A stretch of DNA of 64,000 bases, taken from positions 1-64,000 of IMG/VR virus record IMGVR_UViG_2773857985_000001; one strand, given 5' to 3'. The DNA is from a virus. Lineage: Duplodnaviria > Caudoviricetes. The position numbers were made by a program, and so were the translations under genes. The notes below the pieces were generated by a model. The model was given only the letters and a program-made list of their open reading frames with translations. It did no database searches and was not told the origin of the DNA. Below are positions 55,210 to 64,000 of the stretch, in pieces; the stretch's first letter is position 1, and the number at the start of each line of letters is the position of its first letter.

Positions 55210-55906
55210 TGATCTGACTGGCTTGGTGCGGGGTGTTCTCGGCGAGGACACCCCGCCTTTTACTGCCCTCAACATGGGGACGCGTGTTCGGGTGTCGCCG
55301 ATAACGGATGACGAGACGGAACTCCGGATTCCCGTCTCGATCAACGGCGAGCCGGTGCTGAGCCTCCGGGCCCGCTACTTCTGCTGCTGGGACGGCAGCA
55401 GCACCTTCCTGGCGACCGACCAGGCAGACATTCACCTCCACTACGCGGACATCCCGGATCCGCTGATCCGCTTCGAGTACGTGCGGACGAGCAAGGAGCC
55501 TCCGGGCGCGCACATTCAGGTGCACGCGCACCGGGACGAGGTGGCGTTCCTGTTGCGTCTGGCGGATTCGGGCCGTCCGAAGCAGGGCTTCAAGCGGCGG
55601 AAGCTGCCGCGGCTGTCGGCGATACACCTGCCGGTGGGCGGGCATCGGATGCGGCCGGCGCTGGAGGATGTGCTGCTGTTCTTGAAGCGGGAGTTCGCGA
55701 TCGATACGGAGCCGGGGTGGCGGTCGGTGATCGAGGGTCGGCTGCGGACGTGGCGTCAGATCCAGTTGATGACTGCGGTGCGCGATGCGCCGGAGGTTGC
55801 GGCGCGGGCGTTGGAGGCGATGGGGTACAAGATCGGGCGGCCTCTTCCGACGCAGCGGGGTCCGCTGGATGACGCGCCGGGCGACGCGAAGCTGTACTGG
55901 CCGTAA
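55160..55906 (+). CDS. Putative toxin / defence protein
   Basis: LIRFEY..AHIQVHAH..IHLPVGGHRMRPALEDVL His-rich motif; small-plus-large gene pair with its own terminator. Confidence 0.55.
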   Translation: MTEETSRLDKLAAEFADDLTGLVRGVLGEDTPPFTALNMGTRVRVSPITDDETELRIPVSINGEPVLSLRARYFCCWDGSSTFLATDQADIHLHYADIPDPLIRFEYVRTSKEPPGAHIQVHAHRDEVAFLLRLADSGRPKQGFKRRKLPRLSAIHLPVGGHRMRPALEDVLLFLKREFAIDTEPGWRSVIEGRLRTWRQIQLMTAVRDAPEVAARALEAMGYKIGRPLPTQRGPLDDAPGDAKLYWP

Positions 55907-55921
55907 CCGTTGGCCAGTTGG

Positions 55922-55949
55922 AGGCCCCGCCCGATATCGGGCGGGGCCT
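55922..55949 (+). terminator. Intrinsic terminator
   Basis: aggccccgcccga / tcgggcggggcct followed by a T-rich tract. Confidence 0.8.
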
Positions 55950-56057
55950 TCCTGTTGTTGATCTGTGCTCCCGCCCACATCTCCCCCAAGCCGCTTGCTG
56001 TACCGACCGGTATCCCTCGACTCTGCTGTCCCGGTCTGCCGCTGCTTGGGAGTTGTT

Positions 56058-56378
56058 GTGATCGCTTGCCCGTCCGTCAAGTGTTTGTCACCGAATGTTG
56101 CGGATCTTCCGCACTACTGGGCGTCCCTGCCCGCCGACTCGCCGCTGAAAGGCCGGTACGCGCCGCCGGAGGTGCCGCAGGCCTCGTACTGGCTGCCGTT
56201 GGCGGCGGTCGCGGTGGGGGTGCTGCTGCTGGTCGGCGGAAGCCTCGCCGGGCTCCTCGTCGTCGCAGGCGCCGGCGCGTGGGGTGCGCTCGCGTGGCGG
56301 TCGGCGCAGCAGGTCGAGGCGAAGCGGACGGCGTGGGAGTCGTCGCACGTATGCCTGGCCTGCACCGGAACCTTCTGA
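56058..56378 (+). CDS. Two-TM membrane protein with CxxC-type ends
   Basis: GGGAG SD; CP..C and CLAC flank the TMs. Confidence 0.65.
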   Translation: MIACPSVKCLSPNVADLPHYWASLPADSPLKGRYAPPEVPQASYWLPLAAVAVGVLLLVGGSLAGLLVVAGAGAWGALAWRSAQQVEAKRTAWESSHVCLACTGTF

Positions 56379-56381
56379 ACA

Positions 56382-56428
56382 CGACGAAGCCCCCGCCACC
56401 TCCTGCACGGAGGGGCGGGGGCTTCGTC
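56382..56428. terminator. Bidirectional terminator
   Basis: gacgaagcccccgcc / ggcgggggcttcgtc between convergent genes. Confidence 0.75.
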
Positions 56429-56674
56429 AGTGGCCGGCCTGGGGCGGCGCGCCGTCGGTGCATATGGCTGCCTGGCGCAGGCGGTTGATCTCCGCCCGCA
56501 GTAGGTGCGCGCCGAGCGCGTCTCGGGCATCGACGGCCCAGCTACCCGCCTCGTCGACGATCACCGTGCCGCTGGCCGGCTCGCCCTCCGCAGGCTGGTG
56601 GTGCATGGCGTCGCCGCTGACTTCCCAGACGTCGAGGGTGTCGTCGATGCGGGTGAGGATGTCGTCGCCGCGCA

Positions 56675-57127
56675 TCACGCCTCCGTCGCGGTGTTGAGGC
56701 CGTGGAGGGCGGTGCGGAGTCCGGCGGCGAGTCCGTTGTGCGGGCTGATCCGCAGCTCGTCCCGGACGCCGCCGCGCTCCTCGGTGACGCGGTCGGCGCG
56801 CTCCGCCTTGTCGACCTGGTCGGCCAGCCATGCCCGGTACCTGTCGAGGCGGCCGAGTTCGGGCTGGAGTTCGGCGAGGACCGCGCGGGCTACGGCACGC
56901 CGGGCGGACAGCGGCAGCCACTCCCCCGCCTCCCGCAGCGCAGGCTGGACCGCGTTGAAGGCGCGCGCCTCGAGCTGCGTCCACGGCGGGGCGGGCGGCG
57001 GCTCGGGCTGTCCGTGGCCGGGGCAGTGGACGGGGTTCATGCCGGGCTGCGGTTCCCAGTCGTGCGGCGGATGCGGCTGGCGGAGGGTGGCGGTGGAGCA
57101 GGGCAGGCTGGTCGGGAGGTCGGTCAT
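56675..57127 (-). CDS. Hypothetical protein
   Basis: Coupling. Confidence 0.55.
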   Translation of the reverse strand: MTDLPTSLPCSTATLRQPHPPHDWEPQPGMNPVHCPGHGQPEPPPAPPWTQLEARAFNAVQPALREAGEWLPLSARRAVARAVLAELQPELGRLDRYRAWLADQVDKAERADRVTEERGGVRDELRISPHNGLAAGLRTALHGLNTATEA

Positions 57128-57366
57128 GCTGCGGCTTCTCTCTGCTGGTCGGGGATGTGGATTTGGTGGATGCCGATTTCGCCGACGGCCAGGGCGATGG
57201 CGACGGCTTGGGCTCGGTCGGTGGCGCCGAGCCGGCGGTAGGCGGCTGACAGGATTTCGGCGACGGAGTGGACGGTGACGCCGCGCCAGGCGGCGATGGT
57301 GCTGTTGGGGTTGCCGTTCGCGGCGAGGGTGAGGACTTCCCGCTGCCGGGCGGTCAGCTGCCTCAC
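57124..57366 (-). CDS. LuxR-type HTH protein
   Basis: LTARQREVLTLAANGNPNSTIA..LGATDRAQAVA. Confidence 0.85.
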   Translation of the reverse strand: MRQLTARQREVLTLAANGNPNSTIAAWRGVTVHSVAEILSAAYRRLGATDRAQAVAIALAVGEIGIHQIHIPDQQREAAA

Positions 57367-57551
57367 GGCACTCTCCGCGGCCGGTGCTGGGTGTGGACTT
57401 TGCCGCGGGTGTCCAACATTCCGTCGGCGTGGGCGAGGAGGAGTAGGGCGCGGCGGAGGACGTCGCGGGGCCGGTCTCCGCGGCGGCCGTAGGCGGCGAG
57501 GATCGCAGCCGAGGTGTCGTCGGGCTGCCAGTGCAGCGGTCGGCGGGGCAT
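57363..57551 (-). CDS. Hypothetical protein
   Basis: GGAGG SD. Confidence 0.55.
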   Translation of the reverse strand: MPRRPLHWQPDDTSAAILAAYGRRGDRPRDVLRRALLLLAHADGMLDTRGKVHTQHRPRRVP

Positions 57552-57614
57552 GGTGGCCTCCAGATCGGGGTGCGGGTGGGGGCGTGCTGGTTCGGCACGC
57601 CCCTTCGCCGTCGG

Positions 57615-58214
57615 TCAGTCGAGAGCGATGATGTGGTCGCCCTCGACGCAGTGCGAGGCGATGCATCGGCCGGCCTTCGCGCGGGGTAGCGCGTCCAGGT
57701 GCTGCGCGCGGATCAGGTTGTGGCGGGCGTCGGCGAGGGCGTTGTGGGCGCCGTCCGGCTGCTCGGGCAGCGCCGGATCGCCGAGCCGTGCGGCTTCCTG
57801 CTTCAGGTCGTTGGTCCACATCGGGACGCCGTCGGGCAGGTCGATCATCCGGCCGAAGAGCTGCGCCAGGGCGACGTGGTCGTAGGCCCCGTACCAGGCC
57901 CACAGCTGGACGTCCGGGCCTGCGGCGCGCACGAAGTCGGTGACGAGACGGGCGATCTGCGCGCGGGGGCGGACGTCGGGGTGGTCGAGGTCGAGGCGGT
58001 CCGTGCCGCGGACGCCGGGCGGGTTCTTCCGGATCGGGAGGGACGGCCAGACGTTGTCGCGGAGCCACGGGTGCTGGCGGACGGCGGACTGGTCGAACTC
58101 GGAGCTGACGGCGTACAGTTCGGCGCCGTCTTCGCGGACCATGCCGATGCTGATGAGGTCGATGGTGGTGCCGTTCTCGTGGAACTCGGTGTCGTAGTAG
58201 ATCCGCATGGTCAC
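57615..58214 (-). CDS. DEDDh 3'-5' exonuclease (RNase AS-like)
   Basis: YYDTEF, LISIG, AYDHV, HNALADAR motifs. Confidence 0.88.
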   Translation of the reverse strand: MTMRIYYDTEFHENGTTIDLISIGMVREDGAELYAVSSEFDQSAVRQHPWLRDNVWPSLPIRKNPPGVRGTDRLDLDHPDVRPRAQIARLVTDFVRAAGPDVQLWAWYGAYDHVALAQLFGRMIDLPDGVPMWTNDLKQEAARLGDPALPEQPDGAHNALADARHNLIRAQHLDALPRAKAGRCIASHCVEGDHIIALD

Positions 58215-58729
58215 TTCTCCGTGGTCTGTTCGGCGGGCGGGAGGGTGTCGTTGAGGGCGAGGTCCAGGCCTTCCCAGGTCGGGCCTTGGGATGCGGGTGC
58301 TTCGGTGCGGGCGCGTTCTCGGAGGCCGCGTACCCGGGCGATCGCGGTCTCGGCGCGGTCGGCGCGCTGCCGCTGCTGCTCGTACTCATCGGGAGTGGGG
58401 GCGCAGTCGCCGCGCCCGCATGCCGGGCAGTAGCCAGGCGCCTCGGCCGCTGCCGGGGCGGGTCCGGCGGCGGTCCTGATGCGGGCCGCGAGTTCGGTGT
58501 GGTTGGCGGTCCAGGGGGCGCCTGCGTGGATGACGGCGGCGAGGTGGTGGACGCGGACGAGCGCGGCCTCGGCGCGTTCCAGGTCGGGCACGATCGCCTG
58601 TACGTGCCGCTTGTTGCCCGCGGCCACGTGCTCCAGCGTCTTGATCCGGCGGTGCGCAGCGTCGAGTTGGTCGTAGAGGGCGTCCAACTGGTCGCTGGTG
58701 AGGTCGTCGAGGGGGATGCGGTCGGTCAT
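58211..58729 (-). CDS. Hypothetical phage protein
   Basis: LTSDQLDALYD; CPAC. Confidence 0.65.
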   Translation of the reverse strand: MTDRIPLDDLTSDQLDALYDQLDAAHRRIKTLEHVAAGNKRHVQAIVPDLERAEAALVRVHHLAAVIHAGAPWTANHTELAARIRTAAGPAPAAAEAPGYCPACGRGDCAPTPDEYEQQRQRADRAETAIARVRGLRERARTEAPASQGPTWEGLDLALNDTLPPAEQTTEK

Positions 58730-58979
58730 GCTGCGCTCCGGTGGTCGGGGTCGGTGTTGAGGAGGGCCGTGTCGCTGGCGGCGGCGTCGTGGAGGCGTTC
58801 ATGGAGATCGGCTCGCCGGTCACCCGCGTCCTGGGCCGACGCGGCGCCCCATAGGAGGAAGGCGGCGCCGACGAGACCGGGCACGGCGTACCACGGGTGC
58901 CAGGTGGCGGCGATGGCGGCGCTGAGGGTGGAGATGCCGGCGGCGAGGTGGCAGGCGGCAGCCGTCCGCCGAGCCGGGG

Positions 58980-59336
58980 TCACGGGGTGCCGTTGATCTG
59001 GCGGGCCACGGCGAGGGCGGCGTCCGGGATGGCGATGCGCCCTTCGTCGAGCGCGGCGGCCTGCCACTCCAGCCAGTCGGCGAGGGCGAGGCCGACGGCG
59101 GGGTCCATGGTCGCGGCGTAGTCGCCGACGGGCGCTGACACGTAGGCGGGCGGGCGTCGGCCACCTCGGAGGAGGGGCTTCACGCCGACGGCCCAGAGGG
59201 TGGTGAATGTGGAGTCGGGCTGGTCGGGGAAGTGGCGGCTGGCCTTCCAGGCGGTGTTGCCGCTGTCGTCGGCGGCTGCGGTGGCGAGTTGGCGGATCTT
59301 GTCGGCGGCGGCGCGGAGTTCGTCGGCGGGGGTCAT
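58980..59336 (-). CDS. Hypothetical phage protein
   Basis: ELRAAADK..YAATMDPAVGLALADWL. Confidence 0.65.
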   Translation of the reverse strand: MTPADELRAAADKIRQLATAAADDSGNTAWKASRHFPDQPDSTFTTLWAVGVKPLLRGGRRPPAYVSAPVGDYAATMDPAVGLALADWLEWQAAALDEGRIAIPDAALAVARQINGTP

Positions 59337-59639
59337 GGGGTGCCTTCCGGGTGGGGCCCCGGCCGGTCGGGCCGGGGCGGTGGGTTCAGGCGGCGTGGTC
59401 GTAGCCGGGTGGGCGGCGTGCGTAGCGGCGTGCTGTGTGGCCTCTCAGGGCCCAGGAGGGGCGCGGACGACGCCCGGGACGCACGAGCCGCCGGGAGGCC
59501 GCCCAGAGGCCGCACAGGGCCGCGTGGACGGTGAGCAGCACGACGGCCAGGAGCAGGGCGACGGCGACCGCGCCGACGAGCAGCCACACGCCTGCCGCGG
59601 CGAGCAGCGTCCACAGCGCGTCCAGCGCCTCGGCGACGA

Positions 59640-60716
59640 TCACGACGCCCCGCCCCGCCGCGCCCCGGCGGCGGTGGCGCGCTTGCAGCCCCGGCAGTCC
59701 ACCGGCATGTGGCTCATCGGAGTACCGCCGCGCCCCACGCGCTCCCCGCAGGCAGTCCAGAACCGCTGCTTGTCGTTGACGACGAAGCGCGCGGTGGCGT
59801 GCACCCGGCGGTCGCCGGGGCGCTTGTGGCGTCCGGGCCATTCCGTGGTGGTCGCCCACTCCGGAGGCGCGACGGGCGGAGCGGACAGTGCCTTCGCCAT
59901 GCGTCGGCACTTGGCGAGCTTCTCCTCCTCGGTCTCCGGCCGCGCCCACTCCGGCGTCTCGGTGGCTGCCGTCTCGTCGGCCATGCGGCGCAGCGCGGCG
60001 CGAACGTCGGTGCCGGTGCGGAACGTGCCGTTGGCAACCGGGTACATGGCGACGGTGTCGGACCAGTGGAAGCCATGTTCGTCGGTGTGCGCGGTGCGCT
60101 CGTGCTGCGCGGCCCGGATGCACAGGCGAGCCGCGTCCTCGCCGGGGCCGTGGTACTGCGCGGAGCACGTCGCGGCGGGCGCCGTGTCGGTGTCGTGGCC
60201 GGTGGCCGCGGGCAGCACGGCCGCGAGGCGCAGCAGGCTGCACGACTCACCCCGCTCGATCCGGTCGGCGTCCGTCTCCAGCGTCGCCGCCGCGTCGTCG
60301 GCCCATTCGCCGCTGTAGGTGCCGCGGACGAACGAGGCGCAGGCGCGGACGAGCGCGGCCGGGTCGACGGGCGCGGTGCTCGTGCGGGACGCGTCGTAGG
60401 CGGCCAGCAGCTCCTCCGGCGACCCGTAGCCGAGCGGCGGGACACGGGTGCCGTCGATCGCCGCCAGCAGCTGCTCGCGCACGGCGGTCGGGTCGGTAGG
60501 CGGGGCCGGGACGGCAGCGGGGCACTGGTCAGCCGGGTGCGACTGCCGCATCGTCTTCGCCGCCGACCAGTGATGCTGATCGCACGCCTCCGTCACTCCG
60601 TCCTCGACGACGAGCCCGCACGGGGCCTTCGGGCAGGGGCAGGCGGCTTCGATGTCGGCGGACATGCCGCGGAACGACCGGCCGATGTGCTGGCCGGTGG
60701 TGGTGGGTTCGGTCAT
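59640..60716 (-). CDS. Mosaic multi-Cys/His protein
   Basis: AGGAGG SD; several small C/H motifs. Confidence 0.65.
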   Translation of the reverse strand: MTEPTTTGQHIGRSFRGMSADIEAACPCPKAPCGLVVEDGVTEACDQHHWSAAKTMRQSHPADQCPAAVPAPPTDPTAVREQLLAAIDGTRVPPLGYGSPEELLAAYDASRTSTAPVDPAALVRACASFVRGTYSGEWADDAAATLETDADRIERGESCSLLRLAAVLPAATGHDTDTAPAATCSAQYHGPGEDAARLCIRAAQHERTAHTDEHGFHWSDTVAMYPVANGTFRTGTDVRAALRRMADETAATETPEWARPETEEEKLAKCRRMAKALSAPPVAPPEWATTTEWPGRHKRPGDRRVHATARFVVNDKQRFWTACGERVGRGGTPMSHMPVDCRGCKRATAAGARRGGAS

Positions 60717-60792
60717 CGGGTTCCTCCTGGTGGGTGGGTAGGGTTCGGGCACCGGCCGCCCGCGCACTTCGACTGCGCAGGCGGCCGGCTTG

Positions 60793-61236
60793 CTACTCGG
60801 TCGGGTTGGCCAGCTCCAGCAGCACCGCGGCGTGGCAGTGGTCGGGCTGGCCGTCGGCGGGGAGCGGGCACCAGCACATGAGGTCCCGGCCCGCCAGTTC
60901 GGTACGCGCGGCCTCGGCGAGGCTCGGCTTCAGGACGAGCCAGTCACGGAACATCGCCACGGCCTGCTCGCGGGTGGCGTCCTGCACGAGGTGCGAGGTG
61001 GTGGTGCCGTCGGGGTGCCGGAAGCCGTGCCACTGGCCGGACGTCTTGCCGAGGCGTCCCTCTCGCTCCCACTCCGAGCCGTCCAGGGCGGGCATGCGGA
61101 TCTGGGTGCAGGGGTTGCCCCAGCGGGTGCCGCGGCCGACGTAGACGGCGCCGTCGGGCTTGCGCCAGCCCTTCGTGCGGCGGCGCTGGACCCGCCGGGG
61201 CCCGGCCTGCTGCTGGTCGGTGGGGTGGTCGGTCAT
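60793..61236 (-). CDS. DUF4326-like protein
   Basis: [28 protein letters not shown]. Confidence 0.85.
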   Translation of the reverse strand: MTDHPTDQQQAGPRRVQRRRTKGWRKPDGAVYVGRGTRWGNPCTQIRMPALDGSEWEREGRLGKTSGQWHGFRHPDGTTTSHLVQDATREQAVAMFRDWLVLKPSLAEAARTELAGRDLMCWCPLPADGQPDHCHAAVLLELANPTE

Positions 61237-61292
61237 GGTCGCTCCTGGTGGTGTGGGTGTCGGATTATGTGCGGTTTCGACGCCACCGGTCC

Positions 61293-61709
61293 TCAAGCGG
61301 AACCGGCAGGCAGCATCGGGTCGTCACGCCGCGTGTAGGGCTGCGGGACGGGGCCCGGCGAGTGAAACCAGGTGACGGGGACCGCGTCGGGCGTGGTCTC
61401 GGCGGCGGCCGTGACCGTCCATCCGCCGTCCGGACGCCGGGTGAACAGGGCGTGGCCGCAGTCGAGCCAGTAGTAGGCGTTCCGCAGATCCGCAGTGGTG
61501 TCATCGAGCAGGTTGGGCTGCCCGCAGACGCGCCGGTAGTACTGGTCGAGCGCCTCAAGGGCCTGCCGCTTGTCGCCGGTGAGGGCGATCGCAGCACCGG
61601 TCTCACCGAGGGAGGCGACGAGGACGCCGTCGAAGCAGTCCTCCATGTCGTTCGGGCCGGGGGTGAAGACGCGGCCCGGGGTGAGGGCGTCGTGGGTGGT
61701 GTTGGTCAT
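61293..61709 (-). CDS. Hypothetical protein
   Basis: AGGAG SD. Confidence 0.65.
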   Translation of the reverse strand: MTNTTHDALTPGRVFTPGPNDMEDCFDGVLVASLGETGAAIALTGDKRQALEALDQYYRRVCGQPNLLDDTTADLRNAYYWLDCGHALFTRRPDGGWTVTAAAETTPDAVPVTWFHSPGPVPQPYTRRDDPMLPAGSA

Positions 61710-61779
61710 CGGGGTCTCCTGGGCGGGTAGGGTCCGGCGGAGACCCGGGCGCGGTTCGAGCGCGCCCGGGTCGCCGCGT

Positions 61780-62058
61780 TCACGGGATGGGGTGGGTCGC
61801 CGCGAGGCAGGCCGCGACGATCACGACGGTGGGCGTCGAGCCGGGGAACTCGATGACCGCGCCGTTCGGGCAGTCCGGGCCGGAGTCGTCGGACTCGTTG
61901 GTCACGGCCCAAACGGCGCCGGACGGGTGCCGCAGGATGCTCAGCGGCATGTCCTCGTCGGCGATCCATCCGGCCGCCTCCAGTGCCTCCAGGACGTCGA
62001 GGCGGCCGTACCAATCCCCGGACGCGGGCGGGGTGATGATCAGGTGCAGGTCGGTCAT
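61780..62058 (-). CDS. Hypothetical protein
   Basis: AAGGAG SD. Confidence 0.6.
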   Translation of the reverse strand: MTDLHLIITPPASGDWYGRLDVLEALEAAGWIADEDMPLSILRHPSGAVWAVTNESDDSGPDCPNGAVIEFPGSTPTVVIVAACLAATHPIP

Positions 62059-62081
62059 TGCTTCTCCTTCGGGTTGGCTGG

Positions 62082-62279
62082 TCACAGCGACCAGAGGCTG
62101 GGCTGGTGGTCGGTGAGGTCGAGTTCGGTCTGTCCGGGTACGTGGTGGTCGGGTGGTGGCGCGGCCCGCACGGTGGCCGACGGGCGGGCGGTAGGGGCGA
62201 GTCGGCGGGCGCAGACGGGGCCGAGGCCGGTGGGTGACGGGCGGCGTAGGCGCCGGCCGCACGCCGCGCAGCGGGACAT
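62082..62279 (-). CDS. DUF6011-like Zn-finger protein
   Basis: CAACGRRL..S..GLGPVCARR. Confidence 0.75.
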   Translation of the reverse strand: MSRCAACGRRLRRPSPTGLGPVCARRLAPTARPSATVRAAPPPDHHVPGQTELDLTDHQPSLWSL

Positions 62280-63988
62280 CAGGCCGCCTCGGCGAGATCC
62301 GCGACGTCTTCGTGCCGGGTGAGTTCCTCCCCGGTGATCGCTTCGACGAGGGCGCAGACGAGGACTTCGGCGGCGTTCGGGGTAACGGCATTGCCGTATT
62401 GACGCACTTTCTCCCGCTTGTTGCCAAGAACGACGTAACTGTCCGCGAAGGACATCGCGCGGCCGATCTCGTGCGGCTCGAGCATCCGGAACAGCACGTC
62501 GTCGATGTCGACCTCACCCCGGACGAGGGCGTACCGGTCGCGGGTCGTCAGCGCGCCGATCGGCTCGTTCACGGACCGCGGGGCGCCGTTGCCGTAGTAC
62601 GGGACGAGCATGTGCTCCCAGGTGAGGAGCGACTGGTGCCCGGCCGTCGTCATCGTCCGGAACGGCTCATCGACGGGCGTGCACATCTGCGCGGCGTTCC
62701 CGCGCGGGGTGTTGTTCCGCATGACCATCGCAGGCATGGCCGGAGCGACGAGACCATGGTGGTTCCCGGACGCCGTGACCGTGGCGAGGGACTCGCCGAC
62801 GGACCGGGCCACGCTGCCGCCACCGCGGAGCTCGGCGATGAACGGCAGCCACGCCAGCCCCGTCTCATTCCGGGTCGTCATGGCCCGCAGCGGGGCGTGC
62901 GCCGACGCGGCGCTCTTCCCGTCCCGGCCCTCCACGGGGACCATCAGCGGCGGCACCATCAGCGCGTCGTTCTCGCGGGTGGTCCGCGCGGCCATCGGCT
63001 CCCCGACGGACACGGCCGCGTCCCGCCAGGTACCGCCGGCCGGGACCATCATCGGCACCGGGCGGGCGAACTTCTTCAACCCGGCCTCGATCCGCTTCAG
63101 GGTCTTGTCCGCGAGCGGCTTGGCCCGGTCCCCGATCCGCTGCCCAGGGATGGACCAGTCGATCGCCGCAGCGGCCGGCAGGGCCTCCGGCTCCACGACC
63201 TGGTTGCGGCAGGAGGTGTTCGGGCACCGGTAGACGTACTGCTGCCGGTAGCGGCCCATGTCCCGCTTCGGGTCCTTGAACACCTGCATCGCCTGCACGA
63301 ACGCGTCGCATCCCGAGCACCAGGCTCGCGGGCGCAACCACTTGTCCCAGTCCGGCGTCCGGCCCAGGCTCTCGTGCCAGTAGCCGACGTACAGGCGGTC
63401 ACGGGACTGCGGCGCCGCGTGCACCGACCTGGGGTTCGCGTGCATCGAGTTGAGAGCGATGATCCGGGAGCGGTAGCCGAGCTTGTGGATCTCGCCGATC
63501 CACCGGTCCCACTGATCCCAGGCACGCACGTCGGTGACGTTCTCGACGATGCCCGCCTTCACCAGCCCGCCGCGCTCCTGCACGCCCCGCAGGTACAGCG
63601 GGACCTCCTCCATCAGCGCGCGGGACTCCTCCTCGGCGGACGGCTCGTCGTCGTCCTCGGCGAGCGCGAGCAGGTCCAGGAGGCTGCCCTGCATGGCGCC
63701 GGCGAAGTCCCGCTTCTTCCCCTTCGCCACCGACCAGTTCGTGCACTCGGGCGACGCCCAGAAGATGTCGGTGACGGGCCAGTCCCACACCGGGGCCTTC
63801 CGGATGTCGCCCTGGTAGTGCGACGTGGTCGGGAAGTTCTCGGCGTGCGACTCGATCGCGAGCTTCCAGTGGTTCGCGGCGCGCTCCACCCGGACACCGG
63901 GGACGGCGTGGACGCCCTGGCTGCTGCCTCCGGCTCCGCAGAACCAGTCCATGACGGTGAGTGCGTCGTTGTCGTGCTGAGACATCAT
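62279..63988 (-). CDS. DNA (cytosine-5) methyltransferase
   Basis: FCGAGG, SPEC, ENV, QSRDR, GNAV motifs. Confidence 0.93.
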   Translation of the reverse strand: MMSQHDNDALTVMDWFCGAGGSSQGVHAVPGVRVERAANHWKLAIESHAENFPTTSHYQGDIRKAPVWDWPVTDIFWASPECTNWSVAKGKKRDFAGAMQGSLLDLLALAEDDDEPSAEEESRALMEEVPLYLRGVQERGGLVKAGIVENVTDVRAWDQWDRWIGEIHKLGYRSRIIALNSMHANPRSVHAAPQSRDRLYVGYWHESLGRTPDWDKWLRPRAWCSGCDAFVQAMQVFKDPKRDMGRYRQQYVYRCPNTSCRNQVVEPEALPAAAAIDWSIPGQRIGDRAKPLADKTLKRIEAGLKKFARPVPMMVPAGGTWRDAAVSVGEPMAARTTRENDALMVPPLMVPVEGRDGKSAASAHAPLRAMTTRNETGLAWLPFIAELRGGGSVARSVGESLATVTASGNHHGLVAPAMPAMVMRNNTPRGNAAQMCTPVDEPFRTMTTAGHQSLLTWEHMLVPYYGNGAPRSVNEPIGALTTRDRYALVRGEVDIDDVLFRMLEPHEIGRAMSFADSYVVLGNKREKVRQYGNAVTPNAAEVLVCALVEAITGEELTRHEDVADLAEAA

Positions 63989-64000
63989 GCGGCGTCCTTC

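Larger units (their letters stand above)
5631..63988 (-). mobile_element. Temperate siphovirus genome (prophage or phage-plasmid); boundaries not resolved and it probably extends beyond the window
   Basis: Canonical gene order HNH-terminase-portal-scaffold-capsid-neck-tail-TMP-minor tail-amidase-holin, plus dense small early genes and a C5 MTase. Confidence 0.95.

Overview
High-GC actinobacterial (Streptomyces-like) DNA that is almost entirely one temperate siphovirus genome (prophage or phage-plasmid), read mostly on the minus strand. From right to left it holds: (1) a C5 DNA methyltransferase and many small early/middle genes (56.4-64 kb); (2) a plus-strand island with an HTH-Nudix/Nudix pair and a putative toxin-antitoxin pair (52.8-56.4 kb); (3) a Streptomyces-type dsDNA conjugation module with a FtsK/TraB-like ATPase, an adjacent clt-like 8-bp repeat array and Spd-like membrane proteins (45.7-50.5 kb); (4) more small genes and a probable late regulator; (5) a late operon opening with a multi-hairpin leader, putative virion accessory proteins and a GT2/methyltransferase/epimerase cassette; (6) HNH, probable cos site, terminase, portal, scaffold and capsid, with a GT4 glycosyltransferase coupled directly to the capsid gene; (7) neck and tail genes with a lambda-type GGGAAAG frameshift, tape measure and minor tail genes; (8) amidase/holin lysis genes; and (9) a cargo region with a resolvase plus res site, a Zn-ribbon/GIY-YIG-like protein and a secreted HNH nuclease. 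No integrase, att site or replication initiator is visible in the window. The two strongest candidate systems are a tailed phage carrying its own TraB/clt/Spd/Nudix conjugation module, and a split virion-glycosylation system. All family assignments come from motif recognition by eye, not database searches.
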